Notes under the pieces: generated by a model | Told to the model about the DNA's origin: nothing | What the model saw: only the letters and a program-made list of their open reading frames with translations | Databases searched by the model: none | Source: an uncultured beta proteobacterium | GTDB taxonomy: Bacteria; Pseudomonadota; Gammaproteobacteria; Burkholderiales; Casimicrobiaceae | Assembly (NCBI GenBank): GCA_963699765.1 | Contig: CAVOVD010000007.1 | Span: 217,894 to 281,893, forward strand | Direction of reading: 5' to 3' | Length of the DNA: 64,000 nucleotides | Program-made: the position numbers and the translations under genes | Shown here: one piece after another, positions 10,330 through 21,924 of the stretch | Numbering within the stretch: position 1 is the first letter of the stretch | Layout: each line of letters starts with the position of its first letter

Positions 10330-11324
10330 ATGACCGCCGCCGGGCGGTCGCCGGGCGAGATCTTGCCGCAGACGCGGCAGATGCCGCCCATCGAAATCGC
10401 GTTTCCGGACATCGAGCGCTGGCGCGCCGGCAACACCGGGATCGATTTCGTCTGGCGCTTCGAGGCCGAGCGCGCGGGACCGCAGGTCACCATCCAGGCG
10501 CTGACCCACGGCAACGAGGTCTGCGGGGCCATCGCCGTCGACTGGCTGCTGCGCGAAGGCGTGCGTCCGGTGCGCGGCACGCTGACGCTGACCTTCGCCA
10601 ACGTCGAGGCCTATCACCGCTTCAAGCCCGAGGATCCGTTCACGTCACGCTGCGTCGACGAGGATTTCAATCGGTTGTGGACCCCCGAGGTGCTCGAAGG
10701 CGACCGGCAGTCGACGGACCTGCGGCGGGCCCGCGAGCTGCGTCCGGTCTACGACGCCACCGACTACCTGCTCGACCTGCATTCGATGACCGACGCCTGT
10801 CCGCCGCTTGCGCTGGCCGGTCGCCAGCGCAAGGGGCTCGAGCTTGCCCAGGCGATCGGCATTCCGGAGCACATCGTCATCGACGCCGGCCATGCGGCCG
10901 GAAAGCGCTTGCGCGACTACGGCGCCTTCGACGATCCGGCGGACCCGCGCTGCGCGGTGCTCATCGAGTGCGGGCAGCATTGGGAGCGCGCGGCGCCGGA
11001 AGTGGCCAGGCAGTCGGCGCTGCGCTTCCTGCGCCATTTCGGCAATGCTGGACAGCGCGTTCCTCGATGCGCATCTCGACACGGCGCCGCGGCCGCCGCA
11101 ACGCGCCGTCGAGGTCACCGACGTGGTGACCATCGCGACCGACCAATTCGCCTTCGCCCGCCCGGTCGAGGGACTCGGCGTCATCGCCAAGGGCGGCAGC
11201 CTGCTGGCGCTACGACGGCGACACTGCCGTGCACACGCCCTACGACGACGCGGTGCTGGTCATGCCGACGCGGCAGCCCAGGAAGGGCGAGACCGCCGTG
11301 CGCATCGGCCGCTTCGTCGACTGA
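10330..11324 (+). CDS. Succinylglutamate desuccinylase/aspartoacylase (M14-like) family protein; 2 frameshifts near 11045 and 11210
   Basis: THGNEVCG Zn motif, DFNRLW, LLDLHSM, IECGQHW. C-terminus ...TPYDDAVLVMP...GETAVRIGRFVD* recovered in other frames. Confidence 0.85.
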
Positions 11325-11349
11325 ACGCCGCGCATCGGCAGGCGTACCG

Positions 11350-12162
11350 CTACCTTCGCTCGCCGCGAATCCGGGCGACGGCGTCGCGCAGAGTCATACC
11401 GGGCGCGATCCCTCCGGCCGCGGCCGGCGCGTTGGCGTGCGACAGGACGCCGCTTTCCCACAGCGACCGGGCGTCGCCGATGCGCGCCGAATCGTGCGCG
11501 ACGGTTGCCGCCGGCAGACCGCGGCCCGCAAGCGCCGGCAGCCGGCCGATTCCTGCGTCGTCCTTGCCGACACCCGCATCGTGAAAGAACGCGGCGTCCG
11601 CGGCGACCGGCAACGCCGTGCGCGGGTCGCCGCCGTGAAGCGCGCCGTGCGAACCGATGACCAGGATGGCATCCGCATCCCCGGCCTCGACCAGGCCGAT
11701 GGAGTCGAGACCCCAGACCGGCGCCCGTGCCGCATCGCCGGGCAGCAGCAGCACGCGGGCACTGTCGGAGGCGGCCAGCTCTCCCTGCCGCCACGTCGCC
11801 GCGCACAGCGCAGGCGCGGCCTCGGTGCAGCGCATGCCGACAACCACTCCGGCCTTCGCCGCGGGACCATTGGCGATGCTGATCACGCCCGATTCGAGCG
11901 TATCGCCTGCGTCGCCGATGCGCGCTGACCGGTGCGACACGGCCGCCGCGGCGATGCCCAGCGGTTCCAGCGCGGACAGCCCGGCGACGCCGGCGTCATC
12001 GCGACCCCTGCCCGCATCGTTGAATACCACCGCGCGGACGCGGGCCCGCGCCGCATACCACGCGGCGATCAGGCCACCGTGCGAACCGCAGACGAGCACC
12101 TGTCCGGCATGGCCGGCGTCGAGGCAGGTCACGCTGTCGGCAGCGACGACGCGAACCGGCAT
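11350..12162 (-). CDS. Uncharacterised protein made of two tandem homologous domains
   Basis: 270-aa ORF starting 3 nt after the dctP stop. Both halves contain DS..GSHG..DAG.G.DDAG..H.SARIGDA..GV.S.AN..A...G...GM. Confidence 0.8.
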   Translation of the reverse strand: MPVRVVAADSVTCLDAGHAGQVLVCGSHGGLIAAWYAARARVRAVVFNDAGRGRDDAGVAGLSALEPLGIAAAAVSHRSARIGDAGDTLESGVISIANGPAAKAGVVVGMRCTEAAPALCAATWRQGELAASDSARVLLLPGDAARAPVWGLDSIGLVEAGDADAILVIGSHGALHGGDPRTALPVAADAAFFHDAGVGKDDAGIGRLPALAGRGLPAATVAHDSARIGDARSLWESGVLSHANAPAAAGGIAPGMTLRDAVARIRGERR

Positions 12163-12165
12163 CGG

Positions 12166-13270
12166 TCAGGGCGGCAGGCCGACCGCCGCCTTGGCCGCCG
12201 CGACATTGTCGGCGCCGATGGCGGAAGTCCACTTGTCCCAGACCGGCTGCACGGCGGCACGGAACGCCGCGTGCTGCGCCGGAGCAAGGCGAACCAGCGT
12301 GATGCCCTGTCGGGTCAGCTCCGCGTACGCAGCATCCTCGTGCGCGGGCGCCGCGGCATCGCGCGCGGCCTCCTGCGCAGCGGCGACGGCGTCGGCGCGC
12401 ATGGCGCTCGTCCACTGCTCCCAGACCTGACGCCGAACCGCGAACACCATGACGTCGGCGAATGCGCCCCAGCGCGTGACGAATTTCTGCCGGGTCGAGC
12501 CGATTCGCGTGGCGACCAGCGTCGACGGCAGCGCCTCCTGGCCGTCGAGCGATCCGCCGGCAAGCGCCGCACGCGCATCGGCAAGACTCATCGCTTCGGC
12601 ACGAATGCCCAGCGCGCCAAGGGTTTCCATCAGCAGCGGCGTCACGGTGGTGCGAATGCGCAGTCCCGCACACTCGGCCGGCGCGGTCACCGCGCCCTTG
12701 ACGGTCGCCAGCACGCGTTCGCCAAGCGGCGCGACCGCGACGACGACCACGCCCTGCCGTTGCGCCGCCGCCGCGACGCGCCCGAGCAGCACCGTGTCGG
12801 CGGTCAGCGCTTCCTGCGCGCCGGCATCCGGCGCGAGCCACGGCAGCACATAGGCGCCGAGCGCGGGCAGTTGCGCGGACCACGCCAGCGCCGAGCCGAC
12901 GGCAAGGTCCGCCGCGCCCCCCGCAACCGCCTGGAATTCGCGTCCGGGATCGCGACCGGCCAGCACCGCGCCGGGGTACTGGCGGATGCGGAAGCTCGCG
13001 GCAGCCCTGTCGTTGACGATCTCCGCCCAGCGCTGCCCGGCCTTGCCCAGCGGATAGGCAGGTGCGAGCGCGGTGGAGAGTTTCAGTTCCGGGACGGCTC
13101 GCACCGTCGCCCTGCGCGCCGACGCCTGCCGCGCATGCGAGGCCGGCAGCGCCGAGCACCGCGCGCGCCCAGGACCGCAACGGTCTCCGCCGGCGCAGCG
13201 GTCGTGACGTCCGCGGATCGCCTGGCGTCGTTTCCGACGGCAGGCCGCGGTGATTGGCAGGAATTCGCAT
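12166..13270 (-). CDS. dctP: TRAP transporter solute-binding protein (DctP family), orphan; frameshift near 13110
   Basis: ELKLSTAL, FRIRQYPG, GLRIR, ALG...AMSLAD...AL..G.LDGQE. The signal-peptide-like N-terminus lies in another frame from ATG 13270. Confidence 0.78.
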
Positions 13271-13290
13271 CGACGATGCAGTCTAGCAGT

Positions 13291-15749
13291 TCAATCCGCC
13301 GCGGCCGCCGTTGCGGCGGCGGCGGACTCCAGCCAGTAACGGGCGCGCGTCGCGCGCGCGCCGACCACGGCTGGCGAACGGCCGGCGGCGAAGGTCAGCG
13401 TGATCGCGCCTTCGACATCGGTGCGCAGGACCCTGCGCGCCGATGCCGGCGTACCGGGCGAGGATGTCCGGCGGCGGATGGCCGAAGCGGTTGCGATGAC
13501 CGCAGGCGACGATGGCCAGCGTTGGCGTCACCGCGCGCAGGAACGGCCAGGTCGACGACGTGCGCGAACCGTGGTGCGGGACCACCAGCACGTCGGCGGC
13601 GAGCTGCGCCCATCGGGTGCGCAGCAGCGTCTTCTCGGCCTTCGCCTCGATGTCCCCGGTGAGCAGCACGCTGCCATGCGCGGAGTCGATGCGCACGACG
13701 CAGGAGCGGTTGTTGGTCTTCTCGTATGGATCGGCGTACTCGGCCGCCGTCGGGTGCAGCACCGAAAAATGCACGCCGTCCCAGGTCCAGCGCTGCCCTG
13801 CCACACAGGCCATGACGACGGCGCGCGCGCCGGCACGCTGCACGGCAGGATGGTCGGCCGGCAGCGACGAGGCCAGCCAGCCCAGCGGCACCGTCTGCAG
13901 CAGCGACAGCGCGCCGCCGGCATGATCGAGGTCCTGGTGACTGATGACGAGTCCATCCGCGCGCGAAAGCCCGGATGCGCGCAGGAACGGCGCAACCACG
14001 CGTCCGCCGGCGTCGGCGGTCTCGGTGTAGCGCGGCCCGGTGTCGTAGACCAGCGTGGAATGGCGCGTCTCGACGACGACGGCCAGGCCCTGGCCGACAT
14101 CGAGCACCGTCATGCGGAAAGCGCCGTCAGGCAGCGGCGCGGGGCGAACGCAGAGCAGCGTCGCCAGTCCGGCGACTCCCCAGAAGCGACCGGGAACGCC
14201 TTTCGGCGCAAGCAGCCACAGCGTGCCCGCGAGTCCCGCGACGATGGTCCAGGGTCGCGGCGCGTGCTGCTGCCATACCGCGTCCGGCCAATCCGAGAAC
14301 CATTCGAGCAGGCGCATCAGCGCTGCCAGCACCTGGTGCGCAAGCTGGAACAGCACGTCGAACGGAAGCACGATGCCGGCAAGCGCCAGCGGCACGACCG
14401 TCAGCGTCACGACCGGAATCGCGACCGCGTTGGCGACGGGCGAGATCAGCGAGACCTGCCCGAACAGCGCCAGCGTCAGCGGCGTCAGTCCCACGGTGAT
14501 CACCCATTGCGCGACGGCGCCATCGGCGAGCAATGCGCGCGCGCGCACCAGCGGCGAAGAGCGTTCGCGGCGGCCAAGCCGGTCGCAGCCGGCGTAGAGC
14601 AGCAGCCCGACGGCGCCGTAGGACAACCAGAATCCGGGCGTGAGCGGTGCCCAGGGATCGACCAGCAGCACCGCGACCAGCGCCCAGAGCCAGACGATCC
14701 CCGCGGTGCCCGGGCGACCCAACCAGAGTCCGCAGGCCGCGACCACCAGCATCGCCAGCGTGCGCAGCGCCGGAATCCCCGCGCCGGCGAGCAGCACGTA
14801 GCCGGCGGCAGCGACCACGCCGACGACCGCCGCCAGCTTGCGCGCTGGACAGCGCGACGTGAGCCTGGTGCTGCGCCGGGCAAGCGCATAGGCGAACCCG
14901 CCGGCGAAGCTGGCGAACACCGTCACGTGCAAGCCGGAAATGCTGACCAGGTGGGTAACCCCGGTGCGGTTGAACACCGCCCATTGGCCTTCCGGGATCG
15001 CACGCTGGTCGCCGATGGCGAGCGCGGTCACCACGCCGGCATAGGGCGAAGCGCCGAGCGAGCGCCGAATGCGTTCGCGTACGCGCTCGCGGGCACGCTG
15101 CACATGGTCCTGCGGCCGTCCGGCGAATTCGTCGACACGGCCGTTCGAGGTCACCGGGCGTACCGTTCCGGTCGCGCGCAGCCCCTGCTGCAGCAGCCAG
15201 GCCTCGAGATCGAAGCCGCCGGGGTTGACGCTGCCATGCGGCCGCGTCAGGCGAAGCGTGAGCGACCAGCGTTCGCCGGCGCGCAGGTCCGGAATGTCAT
15301 CGGCATCGTCGCCACTGCCCTCGCCGGCCTTCCATGGCGCCGGCCATAGCAGCGACACCCGCGTCGGTACCGTCGCCGCGGGTGTGTCGACGCGCTCGAC
15401 GGCGAACGCAAAGCGGGCTCCGCGCGCCGAGCGTGCCGGCAGGTCGTCGATGACGCCGATCACGCGCACATCGCGCCCCTCCCAGGCGCGCGGCAATTCG
15501 TCCCCCAGGCGCAGTTCCGCGCGCCAGGCCGCGTAGCCGAGACCGATGCACAGCGCGGACCCGCAGGCGAGCGCCAGCGCCGCGCAAGCGCCGACTCGAC
15601 GCCTATGAAAGGCCCAGCCAACGCCGGCGAGCGCAAGCATGCCCAGCACCGCCACCAAGCCGGGCGCCGGCGGCAGCGTGGCGCTGGCCTGCAGCCAGGC
15701 GACACGCGCAGGCGAAGGCAAGGAGGACGAGTCCGGTGGCCGAGCGCAT
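13291..15749 (-). CDS. comEC: DNA internalization competence protein ComEC/Rec2; frameshifts near both ends
   Basis: NPGGFD, TGVTHLVSISGLHV, FWLSY, LDVGQGLA, YDTG, ISHQDLDHAGG, NNRSCV, LLTGDIE, PHHGS, NRFGHP. Confidence 0.93.
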
Positions 15750-15940
15750 GAGAGCGCTCACGCAGTTTCGATGCCGCGAGCGAATGCCACTCTAGCGACG
15801 GCGTCTCGCGTACGCCAAGCAGACGTTCGGCTGATGCCTGCGCCGCGATTCCAGCGGCGCCCGAATGGAAAATGCCTACCGCTCGCGACCGGCGACGCCC
15901 TGCCGAACGATGCTTTCGCCGCGGCTGCGGCGGCGTCCGG

Positions 15941-16372
15941 TCACTGCGCCTTCGGCCAGAGCACCATCTGCGTGCAGCGGAAAAGCGCGATCTTCCCGCC
16001 GTCGGCCTTGCGCGTCACCACTGCGTCCCAGACCTGGGTGGAATTGCCCAGGTGCACCGGATGCGCGACCGCTACGATCGTGCCCTCGCGCGCCGTACTG
16101 AAGAAATTGCTCTTCAATTCCACGGTGGTGAAGTTCTGCGCGCCCTCCGGGAGATGCGCGATGCAGCCGAAACCGCATGCCGTATCCGCCAGCGCGACGA
16201 TGGTCGCCGCATGCAGGAATCCGTTCGGCGCGAGCAGCTCGGGCCGGATGTCGAGTTCGGCGACCAGTTCATTCTCGGCCAGGCTGACGACGCGAAAGCC
16301 GAACAGTCCCGGCAGGCGGCCGTCACCACGGTGATTGAGCACGTCCAGCGTCACGGCGGGGCGCAGCGGCAT
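15941..16372 (-). CDS. PaaI-family hotdog thioesterase
   Basis: NGFLHAATIVALADTACG, TTVELKSNF, STQVWDA. Confidence 0.9.
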   Translation of the reverse strand: MPLRPAVTLDVLNHRGDGRLPGLFGFRVVSLAENELVAELDIRPELLAPNGFLHAATIVALADTACGFGCIAHLPEGAQNFTTVELKSNFFSTAREGTIVAVAHPVHLGNSTQVWDAVVTRKADGGKIALFRCTQMVLWPKAQ

Positions 16373-16387
16373 CGCGGACTGTCCGGT

Positions 16388-16867
16388 TCAGGTGTAGGCG
16401 AGCAGTCGCCCGCAGGCGATGACGCCGGTCCAGACGAGGATCGACAGCGCCGCCTGCACGCGCACCGCCACGGGCGGCATCGCCCGCGTGTCCCAGGCTT
16501 CCGATCCCTTCCAGGCGCTGGTATGCAGCAGCGCCGCATTGACGCCCGCGGCAAGGATCAGCCCCATCTTCAGGAAGAACACCGGGTTGCCCAGGAAGTC
16601 CGCCGCATGCGCAGTGAACATCAGCAACCCGGTCGTCAGGACCAGGCAGAATGCGCCGACCGTCCACGGCAGCGCGTGCCGCGCCAGGTTGCGCGCGGAG
16701 ATGCTTCGCGACAGTCCGAGCAGGCGCAGATCGACGACCACCACCGACCCGTAGACGATGCCGAGGCCGATGATGTGCAGCGTCTCGACGATCGGATACG
16801 CCCACAGAGATTCCCGGAGCAGGCGGCCGATGCCCGAGGCCTCGACCGCGTGCAGCGCCGGATTCAT
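16388..16867 (-). CDS. Four-TM membrane protein (DUF6644-like)
   Basis: W.YP..ETLH..G...VDLRLLG, TGLLMF, NP.F..KM...AG.NA, GRLLAY. ATGA-coupled to the upstream gene. Family name is from memory. Confidence 0.75.
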   Translation of the reverse strand: MNPALHAVEASGIGRLLRESLWAYPIVETLHIIGLGIVYGSVVVVDLRLLGLSRSISARNLARHALPWTVGAFCLVLTTGLLMFTAHAADFLGNPVFFLKMGLILAAGVNAALLHTSAWKGSEAWDTRAMPPVAVRVQAALSILVWTGVIACGRLLAYT

Positions 16868-17229
16868 CGCAGTTCGATGGTCTTGCCCGCGACGATGATC
16901 CGTTCGGCGCGCATTTCCTCGGGCTTGGATTTGTTCTGGTAGCCCTCGACGGTCACCGTGATGCCCGCCCGCAGCTGGTCTCTGGGAAGGCCGCGGTTTT
17001 CCATCCGCGACGGCGGCGCCAGCACCGCCACCCAGGTCTTGTCGGCGGTCTTGAGCAGCACGAAACCATGCGGGTGCTCGTAGCCGGAAGATTCGACGGT
17101 GCCGGTCAGCTTGAGCAGCTTGTCGGAGTTGTACTCGCTCCAGCCGTGATGCGCGTGGACGGGAAGCGCCAGCGCAACGGCCAGGCCGAGACCGGCCAGC
17201 AGCGCCGACATCGGGCGGCGATCGGTCAT
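16864..17229 (-). CDS. Small exported protein (DUF6152-like), predicted mature N-terminus His-His
   Basis: Signal peptide ...ALPVHA|HHGWSEY, GTV...YEHPH, G..VTVEGY. GAAGGAG RBS before ATG 17229. Confidence 0.78.
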   Translation of the reverse strand: MTDRRPMSALLAGLGLAVALALPVHAHHGWSEYNSDKLLKLTGTVESSGYEHPHGFVLLKTADKTWVAVLAPPSRMENRGLPRDQLRAGITVTVEGYQNKSKPEEMRAERIIVAGKTIELR

Positions 17230-17252
17230 GGGATGCTCCTTCGAAACGTCAT
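17226..17252 (-). CDS. Putative 8-aa upstream ORF MTFRRSIP, ATGA-coupled to the DUF6152-like gene
   Basis: ATG ACG TTT CGA AGG AGC ATC CCA TGA, preceded by GAAGGAG. Confidence 0.5.
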   Translation of the reverse strand: MTFRRSIP

Positions 17253-17291
17253 GGAATTCTCCTTCGAACTGACATGGAATTCTCCTTCGAA
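17227..17291 (-). repeat. Three tandem 23-bp units, each carrying RBS+ATG (TTCGAAGGAGAATTCCATG)
   Basis: Plus-strand copies start at 17227, 17250 and 17273. Copies 2 and 3 are identical over the 19-nt core; copy 1 differs at 2 positions. Confidence 0.92.
17249..17275 (-). CDS. Putative 8-aa upstream ORF MSVRRRIP, ATGA-coupled to the next uORF
   Basis: ATG TCA GTT CGA AGG AGA ATT CCA TGA, preceded by GAAGGAG. Confidence 0.5.
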   Translation of the reverse strand: MSVRRRIP

Positions 17292-17411
17292 GATTGGCGT
17301 GCTGCGCAAGCACGGCAACCGCCTTCCCGACCGAACCACGCGTCCCTCATCAGCGGCGGGACCGCGCACCATGCCCTCTCGACGCCATGCACGCAACCGC
17401 GCCGACAGGCC

Positions 17412-20042
17412 CTACAGACGCTGCTCGACGAAGCCCTGCACCGAGCGCAGCGCCGCCGGCAGTCCCGCGGGATCGGTGCCGCCCGCCTGCGCCATGTCCG
17501 GGCGACCGCCGCCCTTGCCGCCGACCTGCTGCGCGACATGGTTGACCAGCTCGCCCGCCTTGACCTTGCCGACCAGGTCGCTGGTCACGCCGGCGATCAG
17601 CGTCACCTTGCCGTCGGCGACGCTGCCCAGCACGATCGCGGCGCTTTTCAGCCGGTCCTTGAGCTTGTCCATGGTTTCGCGCAGCGCCTTGACGTCGGCG
17701 CCGTCGAGGGTGGCGGCCAGCACCTTGGCGCCCTTGACGTCGACCGCGTCGCCGGCCAGGTCGTCACCGGCGCTGGCGGCCGCCTTGGCCTTGAGCCGCG
17801 CGAGTTCCTTCTCGGTGCTGCGGGCGGATTCGATCAGCTGCGCGATCCTCGCCTCGAGTTCGCCCACTGGCGCCTTGAGCACCGCGGCGACGGCGGCGAG
17901 TTGCGCCTCCTGCGCCTGTACCCGGTCCAGCGCGCCGCGGCCGGTCACCGCCTCGACCCGGCGAACGCCGGCGGCGACGCCGCCTTCGCCGGTGATCTTG
18001 AACAGGCCGATGTCGCCGGAACGCGCGACGTGGGTGCCGCCGCACAGCTCGCGCGAGGTGCCGATGTCGAGCACCCGCACCTCGTCGCCGTATTTCTCGC
18101 CGAACAGCATCATCGCGCCGATTTTCTGCGCGTCGTCGATGGCCATGACGCGCGCCTGCGTCGGCGCGTTCTCGAGGATCTCGGCGTTGACGATCCGCTC
18201 GACCCGGCGGATCTCCTCGTCGGTCATCGGCGCATTGTGCGCGAAGTCGAAGCGCGTCTTGTCCGGGTCGACCAGCGAGCCCTTCTGCTGGACGTGCTCG
18301 CCCAGCACCTCGCGCAGCGCCTTGTGCATCAGGTGCGTGGCCGAGTGGTTGCGCATCGTGCGGCCGCGCGCGTCGTGGTCGACCTGCGCAGCGAGCGTGT
18401 CGCCCACCTTCAGCTCGCCGGTCTTCACTTCGCCGATGTGGCCGAACACCTCGGGCTGGATCTTCTGCGTGTCGGTCACCGCGAACAGCGTCAGGCAGGC
18501 GCCGCCCTTCGTCAGCTCGCCGCGGTCGCCGACCTGGCCGCCTGACTCGGCATAGAACGGCGTGCGATCGAGCACGACGATGCCCGACTCACCCGCCGCC
18601 AGCGCCTCGACGCTCACGCCGTCCCTGTACAGCGCAACGACGCGGCCTTCCTCGGACAGCGTCTCGTAGCCGCGAAACGCCGTCCTGGGCCCCGAGTAGT
18701 CGAGTTGTGCCCCCGCCTTGAACGCCGAGGCCGAGCGTGCCCGCTCGCGCTGCGCATCCATCGCGGCGTCGAATCCCGATTCGTCGACGGCGATGCCGCG
18801 ACCGCGGCAGATGTCGGCGGTCAGGTCGAGCGGAAAACCGAAGGTGTCGTAGAGCGTGAACGCGGTCGCGCCGTCCAGCGTCTTCGAGCCCGACTGTTCC
18901 AGCGTTTCGAGGGCGCCGGCGAGAATCTTCATCCCGTGCTCGACGGTCTCGCCGAAGCGCTCTTCTTCCGCCTGCAGCACCTCCGCCACGCGCGCCTTGG
19001 CGCGGGTCAGTTCCGGATAGGCGGCGCCCATCTGCCGGTCGAGATCCTCGACCAGCCGGTGGAAGAAAGGCTTCTTCTGGCCGAGCTGATACCCGTGGCG
19101 AATCGCCCGCCGGACGATGCGCCGCAGGACGTAGCCGCGGCCGTCGGAGGACGGAATAACCCCGTCGACGATCAGGAACGCGCAGGCGCGGATGTGGTCG
19201 GCGATCACCTTCAGCGACGGATTGTCCAGGTCGGTCGCGCCGGTCTCGCGCGCGGCGGCCTTGATCAGCGCCGCGAACAGGTCGATCTCGTAGTTCGAAT
19301 GCACGTGCTGCAGTACCGCGGCCAGGCGCTCAAGCCCCATGCCGGTGTCAACACAGGGCTTGGGCAACGGGGTCATCACGCCCTTGTCGTCCCGGTTGAA
19401 CTGCATGAACACCAGATTCCAGATCTCGATGTAGCGGTCGCCATCCTCGTCCGGCGATCCCGGCGGGCCGCCCCAGACGTCCGGACCGTGGTCGTAGAAG
19501 ATTTCCGAGCAGGGGCCGCAGGGACCCGTGTCGGCCATCTGCCAGAAATTGTCGCTGGCGTACTTGGCGCCCTTGTTGTCGCCGATGCGGACCACGCGCT
19601 CTGCCGGGACGCCGATTTCCTTCGTCCAGATGTCGTAGGCCTCGTCGTCGTCGATGTAGACGGTCACCCAGAGCTTCTCGGCCGGCAGCCGGTAGACCAC
19701 GGTCAGCAGCTCCCAGGCATAGCCGATCGCGTCGAGCTTGAAGTAGTCGCCGAAGCTGAAATTGCCCAGCATCTCGAAGAACGTGTGGTGGCGTGCCGTG
19801 TAGCCGACGTTCTCCAGGTCGTTGTGCTTGCCGCCGGCACGGACGCTGCGCTGCGACGACGTCGCGCGCACGTAGGGTCGCTTGTCGACGCCCAGGAAGA
19901 CGTCCTTGAACTGGACCATGCCGGAGTTCACGAACAGCAGCGTCGGGTCGTTGGCCGGGACCAGCGAGCTGCTCGGCACGTGCGTATGCCCCTTCGAGAC
20001 GAAGTAGTCGATGAACTGGCTGCGGATGTCGGCGACTTGCAT
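17412..20042 (-). CDS. alaS: Alanine--tRNA ligase
   Basis: [66 protein letters not shown]. Confidence 0.98.
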   Translation of the reverse strand: MQVADIRSQFIDYFVSKGHTHVPSSSLVPANDPTLLFVNSGMVQFKDVFLGVDKRPYVRATSSQRSVRAGGKHNDLENVGYTARHHTFFEMLGNFSFGDYFKLDAIGYAWELLTVVYRLPAEKLWVTVYIDDDEAYDIWTKEIGVPAERVVRIGDNKGAKYASDNFWQMADTGPCGPCSEIFYDHGPDVWGGPPGSPDEDGDRYIEIWNLVFMQFNRDDKGVMTPLPKPCVDTGMGLERLAAVLQHVHSNYEIDLFAALIKAAARETGATDLDNPSLKVIADHIRACAFLIVDGVIPSSDGRGYVLRRIVRRAIRHGYQLGQKKPFFHRLVEDLDRQMGAAYPELTRAKARVAEVLQAEEERFGETVEHGMKILAGALETLEQSGSKTLDGATAFTLYDTFGFPLDLTADICRGRGIAVDESGFDAAMDAQRERARSASAFKAGAQLDYSGPRTAFRGYETLSEEGRVVALYRDGVSVEALAAGESGIVVLDRTPFYAESGGQVGDRGELTKGGACLTLFAVTDTQKIQPEVFGHIGEVKTGELKVGDTLAAQVDHDARGRTMRNHSATHLMHKALREVLGEHVQQKGSLVDPDKTRFDFAHNAPMTDEEIRRVERIVNAEILENAPTQARVMAIDDAQKIGAMMLFGEKYGDEVRVLDIGTSRELCGGTHVARSGDIGLFKITGEGGVAAGVRRVEAVTGRGALDRVQAQEAQLAAVAAVLKAPVGELEARIAQLIESARSTEKELARLKAKAAASAGDDLAGDAVDVKGAKVLAATLDGADVKALRETMDKLKDRLKSAAIVLGSVADGKVTLIAGVTSDLVGKVKAGELVNHVAQQVGGKGGGRPDMAQAGGTDPAGLPAALRSVQGFVEQRL

Positions 20043-20053
20043 GGCGGGGTGCA

Positions 20054-20113
20054 CGCGTCACGTCCGGTGGCCGGCGTGACGCGACAAGCACGGAATCGAA
20101 AGGTCGGATTGTA
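20054..20113 (-). promoter_or_regulatory. alaS leader: -10-like TACAAT (20108-20113) and a GC-rich hairpin (20054-20083)
   Basis: Inverted repeat CGCGTCACG-T-CCGG-TGG-CCGG-CGTGACGCG; ATTGTA on the plus strand. Confidence 0.45.
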
Positions 20114-20179
20114 ACGCGAGCCGCCCCCGCGGCAGCGGGCAGATCCGCCCGTTTCAGGACCCGCGCGGCTGCGCCGTAC

Positions 20180-20689
20180 TCATGACTGCTCGTCCTCGCT
20201 CGGGCTGCCCGCCTGTCGCAACACCCGCAGCGCGACCGAAAGCGGGTAGCCGCGGCTCAGCAGGAAGCGGACCTGCCGCGCATGCTCGCGCCGGTCGCCG
20301 GGACGCTCGCCGTAGCGTTGCGTCCACAGCGCCTGCGCCTGCGCAAACTCGTCGTGGTCCGCCAGCGGCAGCAGCGCAGCCGCGACGTCTTCCTTGCCGA
20401 TGCCCCTGGCCTGGAGCGCGTGCGCTATGGCCCGCCTGCCGTAACGGCCGGATTTCTGCGCCACGACCGCCTGCGCGAAGCGCGCGTCGGACAGATAGCC
20501 GGCGGCGGCGAGGTCGTCGAGCGTCCGGGCGATGGCTTCGTCGTCCACACCCCGGCCACGCAGACGCTCACGCAGTTCCTCGCGGCTGTATTCCCTGCGC
20601 GCCAGCCAGCGCACCGCCAGAACCTTTGGCGACGGCGGTGGCGGAGCCGCTTTGCCGGCAAGGTCGCGCGGCGGTCTGCGCTGGCGCAC
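20180..20689 (-). CDS. recX: Regulatory protein RecX
   Basis: LARREYSREEL, GYLSDARFA, YG...I...L..RGI, RFLLSRGY; directly downstream of recA. Confidence 0.93.
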   Translation of the reverse strand: MRQRRPPRDLAGKAAPPPPSPKVLAVRWLARREYSREELRERLRGRGVDDEAIARTLDDLAAAGYLSDARFAQAVVAQKSGRYGRRAIAHALQARGIGKEDVAAALLPLADHDEFAQAQALWTQRYGERPGDRREHARQVRFLLSRGYPLSVALRVLRQAGSPSEDEQS

Positions 20690-20709
20690 CGGGCACCCGC
20701 CGCGGCGCC

Positions 20710-21747
<1,038 letters not shown>

Positions 21748-21842
21748 GGGGGCATCGAGGGGCATGATGAAGGTTCTCCGAAGTATCGCCCGGCGGCCGG
21801 ATGGCCGGGAAGGCGGGCTTTACACCGGCGCATGATGGCATA

Positions 21843-21854
21843 GAACGATCGTTC
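21843..21854. promoter_or_regulatory. Putative LexA (SOS) box GAACGATCGTTC in the recA promoter
   Basis: Perfect 12-bp palindrome between a TTGCAT -35-like hexamer and a TGcCATCAT extended -10-like element on the minus strand. Confidence 0.7.
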
Positions 21855-21924
21855 GATGCAAGGCCTCCGGATGGCCTAATCCGACGGGGTGATGGCGCCC
21901 CCACCGGGTCCGGTCGGCCCCGGT

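Noticed and set aside
17227-17295. 23-bp repeat as a mini-CRISPR array
   Set aside because: Only 4 variable nt between cores, no spacers of CRISPR length, and no cas genes in the window.
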